Assembly: GCF_009834535.1 (NCBI RefSeq) | Contig: NC_045697.1 | Coordinates: 79,052,001-79,116,000, forward strand | DNA from: Camelus ferus | Taxonomy: Eukaryota | Reading direction: 5' to 3' | DNA length: 64,000 bases | Shown: piece after piece, positions 39,401-54,600 of the stretch | Layout of the letters: each line of letters opens with the position of its first letter | Position numbering within the stretch: the stretch's first letter is position 1 | The notes under the pieces: generated by a model | Databases searched by the model: none | Seen by the model: the letters and a program-made list of their open reading frames with translations, nothing else | What the model was told of the DNA's origin: nothing | Made by a program: the position numbers and the translations under genes

Positions 39401-39540
39401 TGTATTGTTCTTCCAATTTTCCTTAAGGCTCAAAATTTTTCAAAATAAAAAGTAAATAATAAGAGTAATAGACCTAATTTTCACTGAGTAAAGGGAGTTA
39501 TTTCATGACAAAGTCTTAAAATTATAGATGCCTTAGAATC

Positions 39541-39634
39541 TATATTGGGACATTTTATTATATTAGGACATCTATTTTATTATACATAATATATTAGGAC
39601 ATATTATATTATATTAGGACATATATTAAGATAC
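39541..39634. repeat. AT-rich degenerate minisatellite, about 5 copies of TATATTAGGACAT with variable spacers
   Basis: tatattgggacat, then atattaggacat three times, then tatattaagatac. Confidence 0.85.
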
Positions 39635-40189
39635 TTTATATGTTCATTAAAACTTTTAAAAGGTGGAGGTTAGGAAAAATAACCTTGGGTAATTTAAATA
39701 TGAGTGATAAATATGAGATGCAGCATAGGAAAACTCCTTCTATATTTTTGCTTTCGAGAATTAACCTCTCCAGTAAGAACAACCTGATCAATTGGAACCA
39801 ATGCAAAGGACAGCAGCCAAGCTACCCTGGTTAGATCTGGAGGCAGAGTCATACAGAAATCATAGAATTTTAAAGCAAGAAGAGTTTTTTTCAAACTGTC
39901 TAGTTAAACTTGTTCATTATACTGATGATGAAATTCAGTACCAGAGATTAAAATGTACTGCCCACATTTCTGCAGTCTGATAGTAGGAGACTACTCATTT
40001 CTTTTGTATCCCAGTTTAGAGCTTGTATCATTCTAACTAATAAGTGAAGAAGAGCCAATATAAGATGGTGTATAAGGAAAAAGGGACTTGGAGGGTGGCA
40101 TTCGGTGATACATTTGTTGGCTAACATAATTGAAAAAGGCATACAGAGGTAGTTTAACTTTCGGAGTAGTTAAAAGCTGGCTTTAAAAA

Positions 40190-40560
40190 ACTCATCTCTC
40201 AGTCATGCATTCTACTGGACAGGCTTCATTCTTAGGCCTTATAAAGTAGTTCTTCTGTAGTTCCGAACTCACATCATCACACACCCATCCTGTAGACAAG
40301 ACTTTGCCTTCTCTACAATACAAACAAAAATCCCAGAATTGAGTTTCATTGACTCTAATTGACCTGATTTGGGTCATTTGCCCATCCTTAAACCAATTAC
40401 TGTGGTCACAGGAGGAAGGAAAGGTGAAATGCATTTGATTTACTTTGTAAAGGTCATATTCTCAACTCTTGGATCCAGGAATAGATTCATCTTCACTGAA
40501 ATCACAGACAGTGGGAGAGCGGTGAATCAATAAAAAAGCTAGGGTACTATTAACATAAGA
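40190..40560 (-). mobile_element. Old MLT1-family LTR, antisense
   Basis: ttgggtcatttgcccatccttaaaccaattactgtggtcacagg is a typical antisense MLT1 motif. Confidence 0.6.
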
Positions 40561-40729
40561 AGTAGGTACAGATAACAAGTGGCAAAATTCACAACTTCTA
40601 CATCTATCTATAAATAACAGTTGATAGAATAAAGGCAAGGACCAAAACTGCCTTTTAAAAAACATTCAAAAGACTACCGGGGCGGAGAGATTAATTGGTT
40701 CTCTTGAACCAATTCAGGAAAGAATTAAG

Positions 40730-40970
40730 ACCAATAGGCAGAAGACATAAGGATACAGATTTAATTCAGTAGATGTAAAGAACTTTCTAACAATTAGAGA
40801 TATCCAGTAATTGAACAGGTGGCATCATGAAGTAATGAGTTTCCCATAGTTGGAAGCCTTCAAACAGAAGGAGAGTGACCATCTGTCAGGAATGTTATAG
40901 AAGGGATCCCTACACTGGGTAGGAGGTTGTTCTAAACTACCTCTTAGATTCCTTGCAACTAAGATTCTAA
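40730..40970 (+). mobile_element. CR1/L3 3' end
   Basis: aagaactttctaacaattagag...gaagtaatgagtttccca...ttcaaacagaagg...tgaccatctgtcaggaatgtt...ttccttgcaactaagattcta. Confidence 0.75.
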
Positions 40971-41645
40971 ACAATTAAGAACAGCATGAATAAAATATCC
41001 AAACTCATTCAAGAACTAAATTATTTAACAAAAGGTAACAGAACTTTCAGTTATGAGGGAGAGTTGACCAGACTTTGCGTGCCAGCTATCCAATTTTACA
41101 AAGAAAACAGAAAGATCTTTTAAAATGATTATTTTAAAATTACAACATTAAAATTAATTTTACAAGGAAACACACCACCCAAAAAACATTTTTTTAATTC
41201 CCCTTCCAGATTTGATCTATATGTTCACATAATTTCACTTCTATCAGACTTAACTCTGTCAGCTGAACAAAGCTAAGTTCTGGATTACTCTTTACCTTCC
41301 CAGCTCCTGAGATACTAGGTCTGTGGTTAGTGGGCCAAAGGATATGGATATTTTTATGGTTAAGAATATGTACTGCCAAAACATGCAGTAAGTGAGTTTA
41401 ACTATTACCCTAAGGCATTGTCCATGTTAGGTTTTATTCAACACGTGAAAAATTGCTAATATATATTAAGTGGTACTTTGTAATTGTTTGCATTTCCATT
41501 TTTTTCTCTACTAGTGAGTTTGAATAGCCTTCTTGACTTTTTTTTTTTTTTTTTAATGAAAACATAGCTCCTAATTTACATTCCTACTCTAAGGGGAAAA
41601 CTCAGCAGTACATGTGGATGCAAAGAAGTCACACCAGAGAAAGGG

Positions 41646-42048
41646 AATTAAACAATCTTAAAGTAACCAGATTAGGCCCAAGATGGAGTCACTCACACTA
41701 AAGCCCACATCAGCAAACCAAAACTTAACTAAGGAATGCTCAGCTCTCCCAAAAAAGAAAGGCCTAGGTCAACTGATCAGTGCTTGCCTGCCCAGCACAA
41801 GTTACCAAACCGGGACCTAAGACTTCCCTTTGCCCCATAAAAGGGAATAACCCTGCATTAACTAATCAGCAAATACCCAGAATAACTTTCTTGTTCCTGC
41901 TCCCTTTGGTCTATAAAATCCCCTTGAACTGTACAACTCTTTGGAGCTCCTTCCTATCTGCTAGACTGGATGCTTCCTGATTCAGGAATGACCAAATAAA
42001 GCCAAGAAGATCTTTAAAATTTATTCAGTTGAATTTTGTTTTTTAACA
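41646..42048 (+). mobile_element. ERV1-type solo LTR
   Basis: agatggagtcact U3 motif, TATAAAA near 41912, AATAAA near 41995, ends ttttttaaCA. The 5' boundary is approximate. Confidence 0.75.
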
Positions 42049-44117
42049 AGAGAGAACAGAAATTAATTCCAAGAAGAAGGACGCATTTTTCCTTCTCCCA
42101 ATCAGAATGGACTCTCTGGGAAGGATAGAGAACATTGAGAAAGCATTGTTTCAGCATGTTTCTGACATAACTTCCTTAAAAAAAAAACAGGAAAGAAAGA
42201 GAGTGTTCTCCAAAAAGTTTCTTTTCCTTTAAATTCACATACCATCCAGAAACCATAGTTTTTCCTGGGATTTTGATTAAGATTCCAAACATCTCAAAAC
42301 TATTCCCCATACTGAAGTTCTGCTAAACAGGAAAGAAATAGATTTTTTAAATAATATGGGAGGCAAAAATAAAAGCTCAGGAAGAATATAACAAAACATC
42401 TTAATATGTCAAAAAAATAAACTGAAAAATGAAATTTGGTGTAGTCTCTATAAATAATTGCATTTCTAATATTATACTACTAAATGAGTACAGATCACTC
42501 TGATTTGTTCATTTTTCTCTCTGGAAAGATGTACACATAAGAGTGGAAGAACATTAAAAATAAGATCTCAAAGGTGTGGAAGTGAGAGATTCAAAGTCCT
42601 TGTTCCCACAGCAACTGCACAAGACACATCCGTACTGCACAGACCACTCCTTAGAAATGAATCTGTTTCTTGCCACTTACTCATTCTTGGGAGAACACAA
42701 GGTAAACACACTAATAAAATCACAACTAAACTACATAGAATTTGAGACCAACATGTTAGAGTTGCCTAGGCAATAACAATCTTATATTTCCCATGGGAAA
42801 CTGGCAGTAATAGCTTTATGTGTATATTAATCATATTATGCAACAGAGTGAAAATAGCCCTCCCCTCCCATGTGATGTGCTTGAAAGTGTGTTATCTGTG
42901 ATGTAACCTGTCCAATGTGCTACTATTGGATTTTTTTTAAGAGGTGATTCTCTAAATCCTCAGAAAAGATCAAAGTCTCTATGAACATATGAATAACAGT
43001 TTAAAGAGAAATTCATTCACTAAATAAAAAATAGATAATACTAAGAAAAAGAAAAGGTTCTGACATCAGACCTAGGCAAGGATCAGAGGCCACCCTTTGG
43101 TGAAAATTCTTGGCACTTGCCAGGAAAAGTAAATTAGAATTCAAAAGAAAATAATATGGAAGCTTCATGAGAGTAGGGACCTAGACTTGGGCCTAATGCC
43201 TAAAGGTGTTCAATAATGTCTCCTAAATGACTAAATACACTTTGCAAAGAATCAAGAAGCCTGAATCTCCAAAAAGCCAGACAGTATATTCTAAAGAACT
43301 TTAGTAAGACTTGTCTCCTAAGTTGAACAAAGCTAAACTCTGTATTATTCTTTTTACCTGGACAGATACACATATTCTGTGCCTTCTGAGTCCTTATATA
43401 TACAAGGAGTTTCTGTTCACTCTATAGTCTGATTGGGTGCATAGCTGCTCAACTTATCAAGTTAACAGATACAAGTCAAAAGAGGGAGAACTTCAAAATG
43501 TACCTTAAGCTCAACAGAGTTGGCAGTAAAAAGCTGATATTGTCTGTGCCACTATACACTATCTTAAAGTTTCATTTTAAAATATATATAAGGTCATTTT
43601 TTATAAGAAACACTAATAAGAGCCAAAGCAAAATTTCAAGAATGAAATGCCATTAGAGGAAAGCAATGAGGCCCATCAGGGAATGCTTTTGGGTTCCCAT
43701 GGTGACATTTGTTTCTGATTATATATATGATATTAAATAATTTCTTCTGGGTTTTTAAAGGCTTTTAAGAAAAGAAATAAACCAGATTCATTTTCTTTCT
43801 AATTTCTGACATTTAAAGGCATATTTTCTAGTTTATACAGTCCTGACTACTAAAAAGAGGAAGTAGGTCTTTAAAATAAGCCTTTAGAGTCCTGCTTATT
43901 ATAATTCCCTCTCTGAGGCTAAAGATATTTTAATAGAAGATCTCAAATAACTCATTCTTCTCCATATCTAGGTGTATTTACTTTCCTTGAAAGGTAGCCT
44001 GATATTTTATCTATACAATAGTCTATCATTTTCTCAAAGTACAGATAAGAGATATACAAAATTTGATATTTTATTTAAGTGCCCTCAATTTCCCTTTAAC
44101 AAAAATGGGTAAATTTT

Positions 44118-44904
44118 CCAACACCACTAAGCAATTAACTCAGTTCTGACACTATCTACTTGGAGATAAGACCAGAGATCTCATAGGTTAAGGACTCAGT
44201 TCTGTAAAACTGCTCCCCTCCCCTCCTACTAACTCCACCCAACCACACACACACTTTAGATGTCAATGCAAATCCAGGATGTTACTTGTGCTTCTATCAA
44301 CCAGCTATATATTGAAGGTTCTCAAGATTCCCTCTTCAAGTTCCACTAATTTCTTAGACCTCCTCACAGAACTCAGAGAAACATTTACTTACTTGTATCA
44401 GTTCATTATAAAGGATATTACAAAGGATATAGGTGAAGATGAAGAGTTACATAAGGTGGGTTATGTGGGAAGGGGTGCAGAGCTTCCATGCCCTCTCTTA
44501 GCTGCCATTCTACCTGCCCTTGATCTCCTCTTACTCACCAAGGTGGAAGCTCTCTAAACTCTTGTGTTTTGGGTTTATATAGAGGCTCCTTCACATAGGC
44601 ATGACTGATTCAACCATTGACTATTGGTGATTGATTCAACCCCCAGCCCTTCTCCCCTCCCCAGAGATCAGGGGGATGGGACTGAAAGTTTCAACCCTTT
44701 AATCACAAGGTTGGTTCTTCCAGCAACCAGGCCCCACCCTTAAGTTACCTAGGGGGCTATCCAAAAGTCATCTCATTAACATAACAAAAGACACCTTTTT
44801 TTCCCTCTTACCACTTGGGAAATGCCAAGGTTTTAGGAGCTCAGTGCCAGGAATGGGGATAAAGACAAAATAAATATTTCTTATTATAAATTGCAATTAT
44901 CACA
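44118..44904 (-). mobile_element. MER21-like LTR upstream of the FAM241A promoter
   Basis: Minus strand starts tgtgataattgcaatttataataagaaata. Internal ttctgacactatctac and ctcacagaactcagagaaac on the + strand. Confidence 0.8.
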
Positions 44905-45214
44905 TGTAGAAAGAAAAAGAATTATAAATTAGATGTATCTCCCTTATCACACACTGAGAGTAACATATTCTTACCCATTTACAGAAATATACACAAAGGC
45001 ACATATAACACGAAATGCTTCCAAGGTTCCAACACACACCAGGGAAGCACTCAACAGAGAGACACAGAGGGGAGGCAAAAAGAACAAAATAGCCAGAGAA
45101 TGTGTTTTACTTGCAAAGGATGGACAGCTACTCAGGACAGGCAGCCAGCAGCACACCCGGGCACACCGCCAGTGCCAGGCAAGCACAGAGGGGCCCAGAT
45201 GGAATGTAGAATTC

Positions 45215-46306
<1,092 letters not shown>

Positions 46307-48591
46307 TAACGGTCACTTATCTAAAAGCCTTACATGTTTCAAGTCCTACCTCTGTGCTGTGTTTTAGGGGACAACTGCTCCCCTCCTGCCCTCCATCTTG
46401 GCATTTCTGAGCGCATACCTAGCGCCTCTGTAAGGTGTGGGTGTATTTCTCGAGACACGCAATCAGTATCTGAAGGCATGTGTAGGAGCGAGTATTACAA
46501 TAGATGTCTTAACAGGGACTCTCCCAGAGCAAGTTTTTCACATGAACACAAAGGAGATCTAAACTTCATTGAAAAAGTGAAAAAGCAAGAAAATTGCTTT
46601 CAGATGGTACCAAAGGAGAAAAAATGTTTGAGGCCAGTCATAATAAGGGAAAAGAGAAGTTGGGTAATTTCTGTAGCTCTCTGAATTTGCTTTCACTAAA
46701 GTATGGTGATAATAGGCATTATAACACATCATTTATCTTCAAGATTAGGCAAGAAACTTAATAAAATAAGTTGGATTGTGTAGGGGATTAATTTTCACCA
46801 GCAAACTGTAATTAAACTTTCAGAAATACTCTAGATACGCTAACCTTCAGAATCACGTTAAGGAACAGTAATTCAAATGATTATTTGCCTTTATTACAAC
46901 CTATACTATTGAGATCAGTTGATACCTGTCTCCTTTCATTATCCTTCTCCAACTGTTCTTTCTGTCAATTCCAGTATCATCACTAAATGTATTAATAGAC
47001 AAAGTATTACTTATAGTATCTCAACATTGTATGTAGGAAACAGAAATAACTGTGGCACGCACAAAATATGCCTTAGCATTAGGTTTGATCACCATATGGA
47101 AGTGTAATTTTTCATTCTTTTGGCAAAATAAGAGATGGTGACTGAAGCAAATAACTAGGAGATCTTCCTAATTACTTTCCTGGTGGTTTTCCCCCATTAA
47201 CTGTACCATGACTCAGTAGCTAAAAGGCTGTATCCTCTTACTTAAGTTGTTCAACTGGAAAAGTGGAGAAAACAGCAACAGGAACTCATTTGAAGGGGGG
47301 TAGGGAGTACATTTGAGTTTCAGGGTCCCAAAGTAAATTTTCAAATGGTTGTCAGGGAGCATGTAAAATACTTCATTTACACTTCTGTAGATTTTTCATC
47401 AGCAGCAGCTCTGATCTTAATAAAATTGCTTATAGTACAAAGAAAACAGATGAAACATATATCCTAGAAAACAGATATGCTTTGCATACCTGATTCTTTC
47501 ATTGCATGACATGGAAATTTCATGCAATGTGCTCCTCTGAAAATGTTATTTTATTTTCATCAAATGATTTATTTATATAGTCTAAATCTACATACTCAAT
47601 ACTTGAAAGTTGTACTTGAGATATGCATTTCCTCCAACATCAGCACCAAAGAACTTCTTATCAAGAAGTAAAAAAATTTTTAAATTGATACAATCCAGCC
47701 CATTGATGTAAGAAGCAAGCTTTTGTGATAAATCATTTCTCGGCCATGAAAGTAGCTTTTTTTCAAGTCTTGAAAATGGATTTAAATTTTTTATGCAGTG
47801 CCATGCAATGATGGTAGAGATATAAAGATATTTGAGAGAGGTAAATGAAATAAACAAGTATAAAATATATCCTACATAGTTATTCTATTTTGTTTTTCTT
47901 TTGGTGGGTGGTGTGTGTTTGTTTTGTTGTTTTAAGAACACATGGACTCCAAATCACAAATGGAGTATTTTTGAAAACTTGTTTTGTAAACGTGTTTCTT
48001 TAGAACTTAAAGTGAACTCTTCCATAGAAACAATGATATAAACAGAAACAGAACTAAAACTAATTAGCTGGAAATGAGACAGAGGCCATCTCCCTGCTGT
48101 CCTTTCTGCTTAGCACACTCAGTGATCCAGAGTCTGAGTAGCCTCATGGATACTGAGAGAGAACTGTTAGCAGCGGAAGCAGTAACAGCGGAGGCTCCTT
48201 TATGTCTGCATCAGGGCTATGGGGTGGTGTGCTCTTGAATGTTATAGCTACAGAAGACAACCTGACTTTTTGCTCCTCCAACTCTTGCAGTGATTTTTGT
48301 CAGCCCCTAATTTTTTATTAAATCCTTTTCTATTTCTTGTTCCTTCACAGTTTGCCCCTACCTGATTATTTGATGAAGCAGGTTTCTTCCTTTCGTTATT
48401 CCCCAGGCTGAAGTCTCATCTACATACATCCTTCCCTTCACTGATTTTTCTTTCCACTTCTGTCTGAAAGGCTCTTGCATCAGATTTGACTATACAAAAT
48501 GTATCTGTGGCTCATTGTTATTATGATACCAGATCAAAATGTATCTGTATTTTGCTATTTATTTCACATAATACCAAAATACTGGTATTTA

Positions 48592-48892
48592 AACATAAAT
48601 GAACTTATTTACAAAACAGAAACAGACTCGCAGACATAGAAAACAAACTTAAGGTTACCAGGAGGAAAAGTAGGGGTGGAGGGATAAATTAGGAGTTCAG
48701 GATTTGCAGGTACTAACTATTATGTATAAAATAGATAAACAAGGTCCTACTGTATAGCACAGAGAAGTATACTCAGTAGCTTGTAATAACCTATGATGAA
48801 AAAGAATATATACATGTATAACTAAATCACTGTACTGTACACCAGAAATTAACACAACATTGTAAATCAACTCTACTTCAATACAACAAAAA
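48592..48892 (+). mobile_element. About 300-bp lineage-specific L1 3' UTR insertion with 17-bp TSD
   Basis: aaatgaacttatttacaaaacagaaacagactc...ctctacttcaatacaacaaaaa. TSD caaaatac(tg/ca)gtattta at 48575-48591 and 48893-48909. Confidence 0.9.
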
Positions 48893-49639
48893 CAAAATAC
48901 CAGTATTTATATAGGTGTTTTCTTAGTAACTAAGGTATTTTCTTAGTCTTAGCATCATTTTTTACAATTTATCCTTAGGTACTACTCCATCTGAGAGAAA
49001 ACTGAAGTTCCTCTGTCCTTCTGGCCTGTTTCTTTTTAGGTAGGATGACTGACAAGGCAGCCTGTGTCCTAGGAGGAGAGGACTTGAAAAAATGGACCAG
49101 GTCCCCTAGATGAAAGAACTGTGTCAAGTTTGAAGTATGAATTGGGCCTCTAAGAGAGATAAGCAAGGGAGAGAGGCAAAATGCCCAAGAAACTGGAGAC
49201 AGAACACAGCTACCCTATATGTGTGTTGGTAATGTGTGCATGAGAGATGATCCAAGTATGCTCATAACTGTGAGCACGCAGTCCCTTTAGGTAAGAGAGT
49301 CTCTGCCCTGCTGCATAGCTGGAAGGTTAAACATCTCCAGACCTTTTATTACGTTTTTGTATTAATGTGAATGGCATCTTCTTAGATGTGGCACTTCACA
49401 ACCTGAATTAGATGGCCCTGCAATCTTAGAGCATAGAGAGTCTCATATCCTTAGATTGGTCTCAGAATCATTACTTTTAGCATTCTTTATGATTATAAAA
49501 GTCATGAGTACTTTGGAAAATGTAGAAATATAGAACAATCTAAAGAAGAAAACAAAAGCGTTTGAAATCTCACTCTGAATAATGTGTTATAAAATATCAA
49601 ACATTTGGTATTAACTACATTCATATATCTCTGTGTGTG

Positions 49640-50970
49640 CATGTGCATATATATACACATTTTTTAACATGCTGTAATGTAATATCTGGATTTGGTATCT
49701 TGTTTTATCTACTTAGCAAATTTTGTCATTTTCCCATGTTATCAAAAATTCTTTGTAAAAATTATTTTTAGGGTCACTTAATAGTCATTCCCTTAATACT
49801 GCATATTTAAGTTGCTTCAAACTTTCTTTTATAAATAATGCTGTAATGAAAATCTTTGCATAGAAGTTCTATCTTGTTCTCACAGTTCCTCACAGTTCTA
49901 CTTGTAATAAATTACTAGAAGTGGAAGAACTGGGTCAATAAGTCATACTCTTTGAAGCTTCTTGAAACATCCTAAAGAACCGCATTCAGTAAAGTTTGCA
50001 CCAGTGTACAATTCCAGCATTAGTATGTAAGAGTGCTGACTGGAAACCATCCATGCCAGCAATTAATAGTATAATTTATAGATTAATCTTTCCCAATTTA
50101 GTAAGCAAAAATTATCTTATTCTTGTAGGAAATTGCTGGTGAGGTATACTAATCCCATTCATATATTTATTGAGCATTTGTAATTCTTTTAAATCATGTT
50201 CTTTGACGGTTTTTTTCTTTTGGCATTATTATAAGATATTAAACCCATATTTCACATTGATTATAATTATTTTCCCTGCTTGTTATTTACTTTATATTTA
50301 TGATGTAGTTGATTTAGAAATGCTTTAAATTTTATTGGCCAAAGGAATTTTTTTGGTAATTTCATACATCACACACATGCCACACATATATACATATACA
50401 CATATGTTTAGAACATTCTTTTGAACCCTATAATCAAAAAATATCCACCAATATTTTCTTGAGTGTGTGTATGTTTATAGCTTTGGTTTTTACTCCATAT
50501 ATTTAATCTCTTTAGAATGACTTTATATGTTGTGTGAGATACAGAACTAATCTTTTTTTTCCCTTAATCACTGAATAATTCACTTTTTCCCTGGCTTTAT
50601 AATCATTTATAGTAGGTATAAACCCTGAAGTCTACATTAACTTTTTATATTTCTATTGGTATTGTGAAAGGAGTTTCTTTTTTCCACGTTTTTTGCTGCT
50701 GGTTTCTAGCTATTGGCTTTTGTATATTTAGCTTTAAACTAGCTACCCTTACAAATTCTTTTATTAATTCTAATACTAGGTAACATAGGTAAAACTAGCT
50801 AACATAGGTAAAAATATACTAGTATCTCTTAGACCTGACTCTTTTGCATCTTCTAGGTATGTAATCATCCACTCCATAGGTAAGGTTGATTTTGCTTCCT
50901 TTCAGATGGTAATGCTTCATTTCTATTTCTTGCCTTTTGCAATGCTGAAACTTTCAGATTAATTCTGGCT
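49640..50970 (-). mobile_element. Ancient L1ME-like fragments, antisense
   Basis: ttataaataatgctgtaatgaaaatctttg, aaagtttgcaccagtgtaca, tattggcttttgtatatt. Confidence 0.65.
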
Positions 50971-51189
50971 TATAGATATTTAAGTAAATTGATGAATGAA
51001 CCTATATAACAGCTGGTTTATCAAAGTATGTTCCACAAGATCATCTAGAAAAAAAAAAATGGCAGCAAAGGGAAGCCGTATGCCTCCTCTTTGATCTATT
51101 GTTAAAGCTAGATTCACAGTACATATTCTAGATCTAGGTTACCTAGGTTTGAATCCTAACTCTGCCACTTACTAACTAATTTTTCTTGA

Positions 51190-51660
51190 ACTGGACATAG
51201 GAAAGACAGTAAATGAAACCCAGAGCTAACATAGGTAAAAATTCAGACATGGTGATGTTAAAGGATAATTTTCAAAAAGAGGTAAAATTATAGTGTTCAT
51301 TAAATATAAAATGAATGTATGTTAAGGATTTTATGTAACTCATCATTAATGAGGGAACCCAAATGTTACAGCTGATACAAAGGAGAAATTAAAGAATCAG
51401 AAATATATAAATGGAGAAAAGATATGTTGAATTTACAAATAGATATTACAAGTTTACAAATGTCCATGAGACTGGCTTTTTCCATTAGCAGGGAGGGAGA
51501 GAAGACAGTTGAACCTCTACTGAAACAGAATTTGTTTGCTTCCCTATAGATAAGAATTATTTTGCATTGCTATTGGTTATCTGTAATTTACAGACTTGTA
51601 AAATATCTCGAAAGCCATAGAAGCCAAACAGTGTTCTAAACAATACATAGTTTTCCATGG
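51190..51660 (-). mobile_element. LTR37-like ERV1 LTR remnant
   Basis: aactcatcattaatgagggaacc...atgttacagctgatacaaaggaga resembles my recollection of antisense LTR37. Confidence 0.45.
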
Positions 51661-54600
51661 AGACATCCCATAGTTTTTTGTTTTTGTTTTTTTTTTTTGC
51701 TTATTCTTAAGTCTCTTACAGAAATAAAGAAAAATTTCTGAAATGTGCTACACAGAGTAGATTAATTTGTGAATAGTGAGGGTACTTGATCTCTCCCTTT
51801 ACAACATCTCGTGCTGTTAGCTAGTATTAATTCTAATCTTCTTCCATGGTAGTACTGTATATATATATTCAGTGTACCTATGGAAATGCATGATTTATAT
51901 ACATGTGAAAAGCAAGGATTGATTTATATTTGAAATTTTTTCTGCTGAGTTATATAACTAAAATTAACCTAATACTAAGATAACTACTGAAAACAAATTT
52001 CAATGCGAACAAGTGTTCATATCATCCTAGCATACTTTGTCCATGTGTTGAATGGTTATTGGTATCACAACTTTGTCTACTCAAGAGTTCCACCAGAGAA
52101 GAGAAGCATATTTAGTGTAAGCTCTTAAATTTAAAGGAGGGCAAGAATGAAGTGATTTCCTTATAGAGAATTAACCAGTTAGTTATGACCATTTTTGATA
52201 TCAATAAAAATACTCAATGTAAAACACTTTAGAATAAATATATGAAGAAAAAATTAACTTCATTATTCAGTATGTAAAGTTTTTTTTAATAGTAATATAA
52301 TGAAAAGGGTATAATGATTCTGCCATTTCTGGATGATATAAATTCCCTTTGGAGTTTAAATGATTTGGAAATCAGTCTTTGAGCACTCTGTATTAGGCTA
52401 CAGTCGCTCTAACAACCTGGCCATATACTAAAGATATTTTCCTTCTCCATTTGTATCATATGGAACATCAATTGCTTTAACAACTGACTATAGTCATTGT
52501 ATTATAGACAATTTTCTGCACTTATTATTTGTTTGTTCCTTATTTTTCTAGCTAGCATATATTTTCTTGGTAGCTTTTCATTCATTTATTCAAAAAATTT
52601 ATTGGGCTACTGTTTTTCTGGGTACTGCTGTAGGCACCTGGGATACAAAGAAATAAACAGAAACAGGCACAAATCTCTCCTCTCATAAACTTGCATTGTT
52701 TATGAGATTCACCCATTCCCCCCCCCTCCAGTTTCCTATATTTCATTACTACTACTGTTGTTCCTACTGTAAGCAAATCCAAATCTCTTGTGGAAAGATG
52801 AAAGGAAAAAGTTAATTATACACTTAAGTAAATTAATTAGACTTCATCTTTTTAAAAGTATATTTCTTAAGGAGTACTTATATAATGACCCCCTTATAAT
52901 GAATTTGTATAAATATTTTGTTTTCTTTTTAATACCTGGTTCATTTCCTTTGCACTAAGGAATTTAGAGGTTTGCAGTACAGTTTATTGGGAAAAGCTCA
53001 GAATTTATAGTCAGAAGACTCTGGTGTTCAAATTTGGACTGGTTGTCTGATTCTGGGGAAGTCACTTGACCTCTAGAGTCTAACAATACCCACTTTACGG
53101 TATTTTTGTGAGGAAAAATGCTTGGAATGTGTGTGTTTAACAAGTTATTGGAAAGATGGCTATTAAGCAAAATGGGGAGAAGATTCTACTTAAAATGAAG
53201 GGAGGAATCAAATTGAAACCATAGGATTTTTTTCTGAAGAACTTAAAATTATTTCACGAATAATTTTCTCTTAGCCAAGGTATGATTTTAGAAGTGAGAG
53301 TCTTCAGCATATAAACCATATAAGCATTAATAAAATCATTAGAATACATGAACCCTCCATCAAGAGAGACTACAGAATAAGAATAGAAGACAGCCTGCAG
53401 ATAAGTCCCTGAGAAACTCCAACACAAGCTCAGAGGGAAATGAGCCAGCAAAAGTAGACCCAAAGGACAAAGGAGGTGAAGACATCTAGAATGACTAGCA
53501 GGCTTCTTGCTTGTACTTCTGGGCTGTGCCATTGACTGAGGGTTGGGGACCCTAGAGGAAGACCAGTTTTAAGGCAAATGATTATGTGTTTGGTACAGGA
53601 CATTTTGAGTTTGATGTCCTATAAGACACCTACATGGAAATGTTGAATATGCAATTGAGCATACAAGTCTAGAAGTCTGAAAAGTTGCCTGAGCTGAGAA
53701 AGATAAGAAGGAAACCATGAATCTTTTATAAAAGTACAGGTCACTTTAATTATTAAGGGAGAGTGCAGTAGTGTTTTAAAATGGTGATTTGAGTATGTAT
53801 CCTTCCTTATAAGTGGTTTAATGGCAAGGAGTATGGATTATATGCTTTGTGTATGTCACAGCACTTACCTTGCTTATGGTAGGCATCCAATTATTATTTA
53901 TTAAATTGAACAAAATTGACTGAAGGATTTATTTTGCAAGCCAGACTGTTCCGTGAGACAGGGACTGTGAGTTATCAGAATTGGAGTTTAGTAATCAAAG
54001 ATTAGTGGTACTTGGGGAGGACCTGACACACACCAAGAACTGGAGTGTGGTTTCCTGAAAGTAAGCAGCTGTCAGTCTGGCAAATCAGTCAGTCTGTACA
54101 AGCTTGCCCACAAGTAGGGCACCACACATCTTACATAAAATGCAAGTGCAAAACATGCTGAGAGGAGAGGATCATAACTTCAGAATGTGACTACAGACTT
54201 TATTACAGTAGGCAGAAAACTTGTCGTCATTTTCACTATATCACTATTTATCCAAAATTAAAACAACTGATATACTCCACTATAAAATAAGGTGGCTTTA
54301 TGTAGATAAACTGTTTTTCAAAAACTTTCCTCAGTAAGAGATTTCATAAACCTACATACTTTTATTTACAAGACTAGATTCCTACAAATTCTTTAGTGTC
54401 ATAAATGAGAAGCAATTTTCCCCACTTAATCCAAATAGGTGACTGATAACCCAGTCGGCATTTCATTTCATAAGGATTGTACCACAGTGGTTATTTCAGA
54501 ATGCAAAGAAAAATATCATCCAAGTCACTGGATGTGACAAAAAGTGCAGTGTATAAAACAAGAAGCTGTTATTTTACAGAACACAATAAACAATTCCCAA

